From assembly GCF_000020225.1 (NCBI RefSeq), contig NC_010655.1:2580001-2612000 (forward strand): a stretch of DNA of 32,000 bases, read 5' to 3'. The notes below the pieces were generated by a model. It made no database searches. It saw only the letters and a program-made list of their open reading frames with translations, and had not been told where the DNA came from. Position 1 is the stretch's first letter. Every line of letters starts with the position of its first letter. A program made the position numbers and the translations under genes. Shown in pieces: positions 8,541 to 18,887 of the stretch. The stretch is from Akkermansia muciniphila ATCC BAA-835. Lineage in GTDB: Bacteria > Verrucomicrobiota > Verrucomicrobiia > Verrucomicrobiales > Akkermansiaceae.

Positions 8541-9929
8541 ATGAGTTCCAAAGCACTAGCGCAAACACAGGACAAAGCCCTCCAACTCAACCTGGCTTCC
8601 ACCATTTACGGCACCTTTGCGGAAATCGGAGCCGGACAGGAAACGGCCAACTGGTTTTTCCGGGCATCCGGAGCCGCCGGAACAGTGGCCAAAACCATTT
8701 CCGCCTATGACATGACCGTCAGCGACACCCTGTACGGGCCGGTCAAGCGCTACGTTTCTGAAGAACGCCTGAAAGGCATGCTGGACTACGAATTTACCCA
8801 GCTCATCAACCGCCTGGGCCCCCAGCGCGGCAAAGACACCCGCTTCTTTGCCTTCTGCAATACGGTAAAAGTCAAAGGCTACCGGGACAACGGCCCCTGG
8901 CACGGCTGGATAGGGGTGCGCTTCCAGCTGAAACCGGAGGCAAAACCGTCCGACCTGATTATTCACGTTCGCCTGAACGACCCGGACCACGACCGCCAGA
9001 TGAAGGACCTGGGCATCCTGGGCGTCAACATCCTGCACGCCGTCTTTTTCAAAAGGGACCGTCTGGAGGAATTCATTGAATCCCTGGTGGACAATCTGGA
9101 TCCCCGGCTGGTGGAAATAGATGTCGTCCGTTTTGAAGGCCACGGTTTTTCCATGGTGGACAACCGTCTTTTCGCGCTCCAGCTCGTCCAGTCCGGCCTG
9201 ACGCCGGCCACCCTGTTCCTGGCGAACGGCCAGGTGGCCCAGGCGGCGGATGTGCTGTACAAGCGCCCCATCGTGTTGATGAGGGGCAGTTTCAACCCCG
9301 TCTGCAATCTGCACCTGGAAGTCATGGCCCAGGTGAAAAAAACCTTCCTCTCCCACATCAATGAGACGCAGGCGGACCGCTGCATGGAAATTTGTGAAAT
9401 ATCCATGAATAACCTGCTCCGCGGCGATGATGTGGACCATCTGGAATTCCTGGACAGGGCGGACAGCCTCAAGGCTCTCGGCAAAAACGTTCTGATTACC
9501 AAAATGGCCCGTTTCGACAACCTGTCCGGGCTGCTGGCGCGCTACACGAGAGAACCCATAGCCATCGCCCTCTCCATCGGCCTGCTGAATGAGCTGTTCA
9601 AGGAAAAATGGACGGAGGACATTCCCGGAGGCATTCTGGAATCCTTCGGACGCACCTTCCAGAACAAAACGCGCCTGTACGTCTCCCCGTGGCTCAACCG
9701 CAAATCCGGGGAATTCGTCACGGCACGCACTTTCCGCGCGCCGGAACAATACGTGCACCTGTACCAGCACTTCCTGGCGAACGGCCTGGTGGTGGACGTG
9801 CCCTTTTTCAATGAATTCCTGCTGCGCCACACGCCGCGGGACATCCAGCGCATGATCGCTGCGGATGAAGACATCTGGAAAACGCTGGTTCCGGAGGAAG
9901 CGCACCGTTCCGCCCTCCACTTCCGCTGA
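8541..9929 (+). CDS. Conserved hypothetical protein with a nucleotidyltransferase-like (NadD/cytidylyltransferase-fold) segment
   Basis: Long ORF with normal amino-acid composition. Conserved-looking N-terminal block YGTFAEIGAGQETANWFF. The internal PIVLMRGSFNPVCNLHL resembles the GxFxPxHxGH strand-loop of adenylyltransferases but is degenerate. ATG at 8541 is preferred over the TTG at 8511. Confidence 0.6.
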   Translation: MSSKALAQTQDKALQLNLASTIYGTFAEIGAGQETANWFFRASGAAGTVAKTISAYDMTVSDTLYGPVKRYVSEERLKGMLDYEFTQLINRLGPQRGKDTRFFAFCNTVKVKGYRDNGPWHGWIGVRFQLKPEAKPSDLIIHVRLNDPDHDRQMKDLGILGVNILHAVFFKRDRLEEFIESLVDNLDPRLVEIDVVRFEGHGFSMVDNRLFALQLVQSGLTPATLFLANGQVAQAADVLYKRPIVLMRGSFNPVCNLHLEVMAQVKKTFLSHINETQADRCMEICEISMNNLLRGDDVDHLEFLDRADSLKALGKNVLITKMARFDNLSGLLARYTREPIAIALSIGLLNELFKEKWTEDIPGGILESFGRTFQNKTRLYVSPWLNRKSGEFVTARTFRAPEQYVHLYQHFLANGLVVDVPFFNEFLLRHTPRDIQRMIAADEDIWKTLVPEEAHRSALHFR

Positions 9930-10002
9930 GTTCCTTTTCAGCAGGCCGCCCCTTCCTCCCCGCGGCACGGCCCTCCCAATGCCGCGGTCTCTCCGTTCCT
10001 GA

Positions 10003-11412
<1,410 letters not shown>

Positions 11413-11442
11413 ACCTCGGCAGTTCTCGTTATTATTTCCTTC

Positions 11443-11480
11443 AAAGCAGTTCCGCATGCATGGCGGAACTGCTTTTTTAT
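11443..11480 (+). terminator. Rho-independent terminator downstream of purA
   Basis: Perfect 13-bp stem aaagcagttccgc / gcggaactgcttt (11443-11455 and 11463-11475), 7-nt loop, followed by a T-run. Confidence 0.8.
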
Positions 11481-11770
11481 TGTCAGCTAATAAAGGCCGA
11501 ACACACGTTTCAACGCTTTCTCCGCCACCGTTTCTCCACGGCAGCGGCATGGGAAAAACTTATTTTCCACCCTGCATCTTTGCATGAAGCGCGGAAATGC
11601 CTCCTCTAAAACACATGAAAACGGCAATTTTGCCGCTTCCAGGTCAGGAAAAAGCAAATAAATATCATCCAAAACAGCCCGGCGGAACTGGTGAAGCTAC
11701 CGTTGGAAAGCCCATGCCTGGGAGTTCCCGGAATGATTTGACGGATACGGATACTTCCCTCCTGATGATA

Positions 11771-11803
11771 ATAAAAGAGGAGGCGGGATCTTTCCCGCCT
11801 CCT
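11771..11803 (-). terminator. Rho-independent terminator downstream of the PEP-CTERM gene
   Basis: 11-bp perfect stem aggaggcggga / tcccgcctcct (11778-11788 and 11793-11803) with a 4-nt loop. On the minus strand it is followed by cttttat. Confidence 0.7.
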
Positions 11804-11829
11804 GTAAAACAGCAATTGGACTCCCCGGC

Positions 11830-12555
11830 TCAGGCACGTCTGCGACGCATCATGAGGGCAGCCAGACCAATCAGGCTGAGGGATGCCGTGGCCGGTTCGG
11901 GAACGGCAGCCGCCGCAATGGCATTAAGATTGGCTTCCTGGGAAGCATTAGCCTGCAACGTGGTATTATCCACGACAAGGTATTTGACGTAATCCGTGCC
12001 ATAGGTAAATGAAGTCAGGGCTCCGAACCCGCTCGCTTTCAACCCTGAATCCTGACCACCATAAGTGGTGGCGGTTCCTTCGGAATCAACCAGGGTCAGG
12101 TAAGTCCAGGTTCCGGTGCTGGTAATCTGATAAGTGATGGCGGCGGATTCATAGCTGTTTTCGGTGAACAATTCCTTCAATCCCGTATTCAAATTGAGTT
12201 CAGAACCGTTGACAGAAGTAATCGTGCGGTTGTAGTTCTCTCCTTGCCAGGAACCATAAATGCCCGCCGTGGGAGTTCCTGAAGAAACGTAGTTGAGGCC
12301 CAGGCCGATCATATTATTATTGGCGGAAAAAATATTCGCCTTGACGTTACCTGCCAGAATGGCGTTTTGGAAAGCCTGAGCGTCCAGGGCCATGGTCACG
12401 GAGAAATTGCCGTAACCGGAGTTTATACCCTCCGTCAGGGTATATGATCCGCCTGCTGCCTGCAATTCACTGGAATCCAAAGTAAGGACGGTTGCCCCCT
12501 GAACCATGAGGGAAGAAGCTACTACACAAGAAAGCAAAAATAATGTTTTCTTCAT
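11830..12555 (-). CDS. PEP-CTERM sorting-domain secreted protein
   Basis: Signal peptide MKKTLFLLSCVVASSLMVQG. The C-terminus VPEPATASLSLIGLAALMMRRRRA is the PEP motif plus TM helix plus Arg cluster. The body is Ser/Thr/Gly/Asn-rich. Confidence 0.85.
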   Translation of the reverse strand: MKKTLFLLSCVVASSLMVQGATVLTLDSSELQAAGGSYTLTEGINSGYGNFSVTMALDAQAFQNAILAGNVKANIFSANNNMIGLGLNYVSSGTPTAGIYGSWQGENYNRTITSVNGSELNLNTGLKELFTENSYESAAITYQITSTGTWTYLTLVDSEGTATTYGGQDSGLKASGFGALTSFTYGTDYVKYLVVDNTTLQANASQEANLNAIAAAAVPEPATASLSLIGLAALMMRRRRA

Positions 12556-12617
12556 TTGACTGTTCTAGGTTGAAAAGAAAAGAGCGACGCGCTCTCCCAG
12601 TGCGGTACATATAGGGG

Positions 12618-12791
12618 ATTTAGAATCCGGGAACAATAACAAATATTGAAAATCAACGTCTAATTCATCTTAATCAGTTGTTTTTTAATATCATATATAA
12701 TTTCTGGTCTTTTTTTATTTCATCTTATCCGAATACAGGTAAATATGTTATGAGAAGGAGAAAATATTTAAGTGCGCAGCGGATTCTAAAT
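12618..12791. repeat. 12-bp perfect inverted repeat pair flanking a ~150-bp AT-rich segment
   Basis: atttagaatccg at 12618-12629 and its reverse complement cggattctaaat at 12780-12791. Each copy is itself nearly palindromic (GGATTnnnAATCC-like). Confidence 0.6.
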
Positions 12792-13122
12792 TCGCAATAA
12801 AAATTACAGAGAAAATCTGATGCTTTTTTCCCGTTTTACACTCCTTTTGGCTCCCTCACCCGACGTACATTCAGACAGCCCCCTGCAAAAAACAATAATC
12901 TCCCTAAGCTACCATGTTCCAACTGGTTCCACTTCTTTTGCGGAAGGAATACGGCGGTGGGAGCTGCCCCTCCGCTTGCCCTATCATGCCTGTCTTAGGA
13001 AAAGGCCCCTGAAGGACAGCCCGCCTTTCCTTTTTCCGGAAAGACGGTGAAAAACGGATATTCGTGTCAGCATTTAAACGGAGTTATGATACTTCCGGGA
13101 AAAGCCTTGTCTGACTGTCTGT

Positions 13123-14607
13123 ATGAGACATGCCATTCTTCCCTCCATGTGCGCTGTTGCCGTCGCAGCCTCCTGCAGTCCCACCCTTGCCCAACAGGCG
13201 GCTCCCGCTGCGGCGGCTTCCCCTGCTTACCTGAACACGGAACGCGGTCTGCGCGTGAAAACTCTGGAAGGCAGGGAAATAAGCCCCAGCCTGATGAAAG
13301 GAATGCGCCCGGAAGAACAAATCACCAAAAGGACGCCCGGCGTTCCCACCAGGCCCAGCGTACTGCTTCAGCATGAAGGCGGAACTTCCGCTCCCGGCCT
13401 GGAATGGTTTGCGGCCAGGCCCCTTAAAATGATGCCGTACCTGGACAGTTCCTACGTTTTCGGCAATACCTGTGCGGAACCGAACGCCTGGATACGCGAA
13501 GACATGATTTCCACCGGAGCGCAAAAGCTCAAGACCGCTCTCTCCAGATACGGCATTACTTATTCCGCCCAGTTCGGATTCAACTACACGGGGCTGACGG
13601 GCGGCGGCCTGAACGGAAAAACGGATTTCCCCTCCTACAATGGTTCCCTGCTGACCAATATCACCATCTTCCGCAATCATTCCACGGGCAGCGGCCTGTA
13701 CCTGGCCTCCGAGTTCGACTTCGGCAACGGCTTTGACTTCAATGAAGGCAGTAAAGGCCCCAAAACCACGCTGGGCTCCCTCCAGAACCCCACCAGCTCC
13801 TTCCAGGGCCCGGCCCCCCACCTGAGCAACCTGAGCCTGGCATGGGTGGGAGCGGGAGGAAAGCTTCTGCTGATGGCGGGCCAGCTGGACACCACCAACT
13901 ACATGGACCACAACGCTTACGCCAATTCCCATAACAATAACCTCACCAACAGCGTTTTCGGCAATAATCCCGTACTCCCCCTGACTGATAATTCCCTGGG
14001 ATTCCATTTCGCGTGGCAGCCAACCACCTCCTTTTACGTGATGGGAGCCACTGCCGCCAATAACATGGCTCAAAACCACAATCCTTTCCGGAACCTGAAT
14101 TCCGACAATTGGACGAACGTGCTTGAATTCGGCTACGTGGCGGAAGATTTTTGCAGCATGGGCCCCGGCGTGTACCGCCTCCAGCCCTTTTTCACCACCA
14201 GCAACGGTGAAAACGGGGGCGGCGTGGCCGTAAACTTCCAGCAGCAGCTGGGCCGCAGCAGCCACTTGGGGTGGTTCTTCCGCGGCGGCTGGGCAAGCGA
14301 TGACGCAGCCACGCTGACCGGCGTACGCTGCGCGGCCACCACAGGGCTGGTGCTTCTTTCCCCCTTCCGGGGAAAGGGCGCATCCAATGACGGATACCTG
14401 GGCCTCGGTTTCCTCTGGCAGCAGGGGGCTAAAAAGAACGGCCCGTACGTGAACAGGAATGAATACGGCATTGAATTGACGTATGTGGCCCAGGTGACGC
14501 CCACCATGACTCTCCAGCCTGATATTCAGCTTGTCAAGAATCCCGTCAACGGCCGCAGAGGGCAAACGGCGGTGGTTTTCCAGATCCAGAACGTCTGGTC
14601 CTGGTAA
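13123..14607 (+). CDS. Outer-membrane porin, OprB (carbohydrate-selective) family-like
   Basis: Signal peptide MRHAILPSMCAVAVAASCSPTLAQQ. Alternating beta-strand-like composition rich in G/N/Y/F, with a C-terminal aromatic residue (VWSW) typical of beta-barrel OMPs. The OprB assignment is from overall resemblance and is not verified. Confidence 0.6.
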   Translation: MRHAILPSMCAVAVAASCSPTLAQQAAPAAAASPAYLNTERGLRVKTLEGREISPSLMKGMRPEEQITKRTPGVPTRPSVLLQHEGGTSAPGLEWFAARPLKMMPYLDSSYVFGNTCAEPNAWIREDMISTGAQKLKTALSRYGITYSAQFGFNYTGLTGGGLNGKTDFPSYNGSLLTNITIFRNHSTGSGLYLASEFDFGNGFDFNEGSKGPKTTLGSLQNPTSSFQGPAPHLSNLSLAWVGAGGKLLLMAGQLDTTNYMDHNAYANSHNNNLTNSVFGNNPVLPLTDNSLGFHFAWQPTTSFYVMGATAANNMAQNHNPFRNLNSDNWTNVLEFGYVAEDFCSMGPGVYRLQPFFTTSNGENGGGVAVNFQQQLGRSSHLGWFFRGGWASDDAATLTGVRCAATTGLVLLSPFRGKGASNDGYLGLGFLWQQGAKKNGPYVNRNEYGIELTYVAQVTPTMTLQPDIQLVKNPVNGRRGQTAVVFQIQNVWSW

Positions 14608-14692
14608 AAGCCCTCCCGGAAAACTGGAAAATATTGATCGCATTTCCCGGAAATCCTGTCTAAATGGAAATGTTCTTATTTGGACCACGCAC

Positions 14693-15913
14693 ATGAAGCG
14701 CATTCAGCAACCTTCCATGCAGGAGGCGGAGCAGGCCTCCCTGAATCATGAGATTTTAAATACATGGCGTCCCGGGGAAACTCTGGGGGAACACATGGAG
14801 CGCCGCGGCGTCAGCCGGCGCGAATTCAACAAGTGGTGTCTGAAAATGATCTCCCTGATGGGCGTTGCCACTGTAACGGGCGGCATTTCCAACGCCCAGG
14901 AGATTGCGGACAAGATGGCCGCATTGAAACGTCCCGTAGTCATCTGGCTCCAGCTTCAGGAATGCACCGGATGCCTGGAAAGCACTATCCGCAGCTATAA
15001 CGAGGAAATCGGGGACATGGTGCTTTCCGCCGTCTCCATGCCTTACGTGGAACTGCTGATGGCCCCTTCAGGAGAGGCCGCCAATCAGGCTCTGGAAGAC
15101 GCGATCAGGGAGCCCCACATCCTCGTCATCAACGGTTCCGTTCCGGTCAATGACGGCGGGGTGTACTGCACCGTGGCCGGAGATACCGTGGAGAACATGC
15201 TGCGCCATTGCGCGGAAAACGCCTCTCATATCCTGGCCGTGGGTTCGTGCGCGTACTTCGGCTCCATCCAGGCCGCCCGTCCCAACCCCACCGGGGCCGT
15301 GGGCATCCGGGACATCCTGACGGACCGCACGGTCATCAACGTGCCCGGCTGCCCGCCCATCGGGGACGTGATTACGGCCGTCATCATGTACATCCTTACA
15401 TTTGACCGCGCCCCGGAATGCGACCTGGAGTCGCGCCCGCTGATGGCATACGGCACCCGCATCCACAATAATTGCCCGCGCCGCGCCCATTTCGACGCCG
15501 GACAGTTCGTCAACGTGTTTGACGACGAGAACGCGCGGGAATGCTTCTGCCTGTACAAGGTGGGCTGCAAGGGCCCGGATACGTTCTCTCCCTGCCCCAT
15601 CGTCAAATGGAATGGCGGCGTCAGCTTCCCCATCCAGTCCGGCCACCCGTGCATCGGCTGTACGGAGCTGTACTTCTTTGACCGCATGACTCCGTTTTAC
15701 AAGACGCTGCCGAACGTGAACGGCTTCGGCGTGGAAGCCTCCGCCAACATCATCGGGGCTGTGGGCGTAGCCGGCGCCGGAGCGGCAATCGCCGCCCATG
15801 CCGTGGGCTCCGCCATTCATTACAGGAAGCAGCACATGAAGGAGGAAGCAAACGTCTCCCTGCCCGCCTTCGGGGACGCTCCCGGCTCGCCCGACAAGGA
15901 AATTGAAGAATAG
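14693..15913 (+). CDS. [NiFe] hydrogenase small subunit (group 1, Tat-exported, C-terminal membrane anchor)
   Basis: Twin-arginine motif GVSRREFNKWCL, proximal-cluster motif QECTGCLES, further Cys clusters (GSCA, GCPP, NCPRR, CKGP, CIGC) and a C-terminal hydrophobic helix. The ATG at 14693 is chosen because the track start at 14531 overlaps the porin gene. Confidence 0.9.
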   Translation: MKRIQQPSMQEAEQASLNHEILNTWRPGETLGEHMERRGVSRREFNKWCLKMISLMGVATVTGGISNAQEIADKMAALKRPVVIWLQLQECTGCLESTIRSYNEEIGDMVLSAVSMPYVELLMAPSGEAANQALEDAIREPHILVINGSVPVNDGGVYCTVAGDTVENMLRHCAENASHILAVGSCAYFGSIQAARPNPTGAVGIRDILTDRTVINVPGCPPIGDVITAVIMYILTFDRAPECDLESRPLMAYGTRIHNNCPRRAHFDAGQFVNVFDDENARECFCLYKVGCKGPDTFSPCPIVKWNGGVSFPIQSGHPCIGCTELYFFDRMTPFYKTLPNVNGFGVEASANIIGAVGVAGAGAAIAAHAVGSAIHYRKQHMKEEANVSLPAFGDAPGSPDKEIEE

Positions 15914-15939
15914 CCAGAAGCCCTCACCACCAGATTACC

Positions 15940-17697
15940 ATGAGCAATTACACATCAGCGGACGTTCCGGAATCCAGCCGGGTGGTCATTGACCCGGTAA
16001 CGCGCATCGAAGGCCACCTGCGGGTGGAAATGGAGGCCGGGGACGGCGTCATCAAAAATGCCTGGACGTCCACCACGCAGTACCGTGGCATTGAGGTGAT
16101 CGCCTGCAAGCGGGACCCCCGGGACGTTTGGGCTTTTGTGGAACGCATCTGCGGCGTCTGCACGGGTACGCACGCCATCGCGGCCCTGGCTGCGGTGGAA
16201 GACGCGCTCCAATACCCGGTGCCCGTCCAGGCCCGCCTCATGCGAGACCTGGTCAGCGGAGCCCTGGGCATCCAGGACCACGTCATCCATTTTTACCAGC
16301 TCCAGGCCATGGACTGGGTGGACGTGATGTCCGCCCTGAAGGCGGACCCCGCGGAAACCGCCGCCATCGCCAAGTCCCTTTCCGACTGGCCCCTGTCCTC
16401 CGCCGCGTATTTCGCCGGAGTGCAGAAGAAGCTGAAGGACTCCATCGCCTACGGGCAATATTCCATCTTTACGAACGGCTACTGGGGCCATCCGGCCTAC
16501 AAGCTGCCGCCGGAGGTGAATCTGCTGGGCGTGGCGCATTATCTCCAGGCCCTGGTCTGGCAACGGGACATGATCAAAATCCACACCATCCTGGGCGGCA
16601 AGAACCCGCACCCGAACTTCCTGGTCGGCGGCATGGCCTGCGCCATCAACATGAACAATGACCAGGCCATCAACCAGTTTTCCCTGAGCTACCTGAAGCA
16701 GCTGGTGCAAACCTGCCACGATTTCATTCACAAAGTATATTATCCGGACATTGTAGCCATCGCCGGATTTTATAAGGACTACGCCCACATTGGCGCGTCC
16801 AACCCCAACTTTTTCTGCACTGGGGCTCCGTCTGAAATCAACACGGGCGCCCCCGCCGGCAAAGGCATGATCAAGCCCGGCGTGCTTCTGAATGGGGATT
16901 ACAGGAACGTGCTTCCCTTTGACCAGGACAAGATCAGGGAATTCGTCACCAGCTCCTGGTACAGGTATACGGAAGGCAGGGACGCGGGCCTGGCTCCGTA
17001 TGACGGGGAGACGAATGCGGACTACAACGGCCCCAGGCCGCCCTACAAGTGGCTTTCCGACCACCCGCAGTACACCTGGGTGAAAGCCCCGCGCTATGAC
17101 GGCCACGCGATGGCCGTGGGTCCGAACGCCCGCATGATGATTGGCTACGCCCAGGGGGTTCCCGCCATCGTGGAACGGGTGGATGCCGCCTGCGACAAGC
17201 TGGGCCTGCCGCGCGACAACGCCTTCATGAACTCCACGCTGGGCCGCGTATACGGCCGTGCGCTGGACGCCCTGATCAACGTGGACATGATGGTGGACCA
17301 GCTCCAGGAAATGACGGACCGCATCAGGAACGGGGAAACCTCCACCTTCAACCCGGAAAAATGGGAACCGGAAACCTGGCCCTCCTCCTGCAAGGGCGTG
17401 GGCTGGGTGGAAGCGCCCCGCGGCAGCCTGAGCCACTGGGTGCGGATTGAAAACGGCCAGACGGTGAATTACCAGGCCGTAGTCCCCAGTACATGGAACA
17501 GTTCCGGACGGGACGCGGCGGGGCAGATGGGGCCATATGAATATTCCCTGGCCCATACCGGGAAACACCCGCTGGTGGACCCCTCCCGCCCGGTGGAGCC
17601 CCTGCGCACCATTCACAGCTATGACCCGTGCCAATCCTGCGCCGTCCATTTGTTTGACGAAGAAGGGGAGGCCATTCTGACCAGACAGGACCCGTGA
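15940..17697 (+). CDS. [NiFe] hydrogenase large subunit
   Basis: N-terminal RIEGH and RICGVCTGTHA motifs. The C-terminal DPCQSCAVH is followed by a 15-aa extension (LFDEEGEAILTRQDP), the segment removed by the maturation protease. Confidence 0.95.
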   Translation: MSNYTSADVPESSRVVIDPVTRIEGHLRVEMEAGDGVIKNAWTSTTQYRGIEVIACKRDPRDVWAFVERICGVCTGTHAIAALAAVEDALQYPVPVQARLMRDLVSGALGIQDHVIHFYQLQAMDWVDVMSALKADPAETAAIAKSLSDWPLSSAAYFAGVQKKLKDSIAYGQYSIFTNGYWGHPAYKLPPEVNLLGVAHYLQALVWQRDMIKIHTILGGKNPHPNFLVGGMACAINMNNDQAINQFSLSYLKQLVQTCHDFIHKVYYPDIVAIAGFYKDYAHIGASNPNFFCTGAPSEINTGAPAGKGMIKPGVLLNGDYRNVLPFDQDKIREFVTSSWYRYTEGRDAGLAPYDGETNADYNGPRPPYKWLSDHPQYTWVKAPRYDGHAMAVGPNARMMIGYAQGVPAIVERVDAACDKLGLPRDNAFMNSTLGRVYGRALDALINVDMMVDQLQEMTDRIRNGETSTFNPEKWEPETWPSSCKGVGWVEAPRGSLSHWVRIENGQTVNYQAVVPSTWNSSGRDAAGQMGPYEYSLAHTGKHPLVDPSRPVEPLRTIHSYDPCQSCAVHLFDEEGEAILTRQDP

Positions 17698-18866
17698 AAA
17701 CGACTCTTATCGATAACGACCTCACCCTGGCGGTGGAGGATGCCATTCCGGCCAGTCCGGTGTACGCTCCGGAAGAAATCCTGGCTCTGGCCGTGTGCGC
17801 CTCCCCCAACGGCAGCAGGGACGCGGGAGACCTGGCCCTGCTCCATGCCGCGCGGGAACGCGGCATAACCCTCCCTTACGCCCAGCGGGAAAACTCCTGG
17901 GAGGCTCCCTCCCGGGAAAGGCCGTACAGCACGGCTGTTCTGAAAGCCGCAGACAAGGCGGACGCCTCCCCTTTCATGGTAGCCCGCGGCAATCTGAAGG
18001 CGCTGGAAAAACTGTGCGAAGTCAGCTCCCTGGAAAAGGAGCGCATGAACAAGGCCTTTGAAGAGCATTCCCCCTCCGGCTTTGAACCCGTGGCCGTGGC
18101 CGTCCACCGGTCCGGCGCGCCGTGGCGCCTGTTGGGCGTCGTGCCCATGCACGCCATGAGGGATGTGCGCCGCCTCTCCATGGCCAAGGCCAATTTCCGC
18201 TATTTCCACGTCTGGGACTGGCCTCTGCGCGTGCTGCACTGGACGTGGGTGCTCTGCATCATCGGCCTGTCCGCCACAGGCATCTGCATCGCGGAAGGGT
18301 GGTTCCTGAAAATGGGGGATCTGCACGGGGCTTTCCAATTCGGAACGCTCCGCTTCGTGCATTACGCGCTGGGGTGGATTCTGGTGGTGGTGATGATGCT
18401 GCGTTTTTCCTGCTTTTTCATGGCCTCCAACAAATACCAGAGTTTCCGGGCCCTGTTCCCCGTTTCCAGACAGGAGTGGAAGGATTTGTACGCCACAGCG
18501 GTGGACTACCTGTTCGCCCGCAGTTATGACGGCCCCCGCTACATCGGCCACAATCCCCTGCAGCAGTGGACATACACGGGCGTGTACGTCCTGTTCACCA
18601 CCATGGTGGTGACCGGGCTGGCCCTGTATGCCCTGTATGAGCCGCGCCACTGGTTCTACCGCTGGTTCATGCCGCTGAACGACCTGATAGGCATTCCGTA
18701 CGTGCGCCTGGTGCATTTGATCGGCATGTGGTGCTTCATCATCTTCGCCATGATCCACGTGTACCTTTCCATCCTTTCCGGGAACGTGGACCGGGACGGC
18801 ACCATCTCCTCCATGTTCAGCGGCGGACGATGGCTGCGCAAGGGCGTCAAATTCCGGGATGAATAA
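17694..18866 (+). CDS. cybH: Ni/Fe-hydrogenase b-type cytochrome subunit with a ~165-aa N-terminal extension
   Basis: Residues ~165-390 show the HyaC/CybH pattern (FHVWDWPLRVLHWTWV, FVHYALGW, GHNPLQQWTY, LVHLIGMW..MIHVYL; four TM helices with conserved His). The GTG start overlaps the large-subunit stop (GTGA). The N-terminal part is described under findings. Confidence 0.85.
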   Translation: MKTTLIDNDLTLAVEDAIPASPVYAPEEILALAVCASPNGSRDAGDLALLHAARERGITLPYAQRENSWEAPSRERPYSTAVLKAADKADASPFMVARGNLKALEKLCEVSSLEKERMNKAFEEHSPSGFEPVAVAVHRSGAPWRLLGVVPMHAMRDVRRLSMAKANFRYFHVWDWPLRVLHWTWVLCIIGLSATGICIAEGWFLKMGDLHGAFQFGTLRFVHYALGWILVVVMMLRFSCFFMASNKYQSFRALFPVSRQEWKDLYATAVDYLFARSYDGPRYIGHNPLQQWTYTGVYVLFTTMVVTGLALYALYEPRHWFYRWFMPLNDLIGIPYVRLVHLIGMWCFIIFAMIHVYLSILSGNVDRDGTISSMFSGGRWLRKGVKFRDE

Positions 18867-18887
18867 CCTCTCCGCCCTCCCCTTGAC

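Noticed and set aside
11481-11770. Small ORFs (11487..11672 minus, 11597..11992 plus) in the gap between the two terminators
   Set aside because: They have no recognisable motifs and odd composition. One of them runs through the terminator and into the PEP-CTERM gene. They are left unannotated, although an sRNA cannot be excluded.
12820-13376. ORFs 12820..13050 and 13047..13376 upstream of and overlapping the porin start
   Set aside because: They have Pro/Arg/Ser-rich products and no motifs. The second overlaps the porin signal-peptide region in another frame.
14531-14692. Upstream extension of the hydrogenase small-subunit ORF
   Set aside because: It overlaps the 3' end of the porin gene by 77 nt and adds an implausible Arg/Ser/Pro-rich leader ahead of the Tat signal. 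The ATG at 14693 gives a normal-length Tat leader.
13084-14703. 539-aa minus-strand ORF opposite the porin gene
   Set aside because: Shadow ORF. The plus-strand product has a signal peptide and a beta-barrel C-terminus, while the antisense product is low-complexity.
15955-17649. 564-aa minus-strand ORF opposite the hydrogenase large subunit
   Set aside because: Shadow ORF opposite a gene with unmistakable [NiFe] large-subunit motifs.
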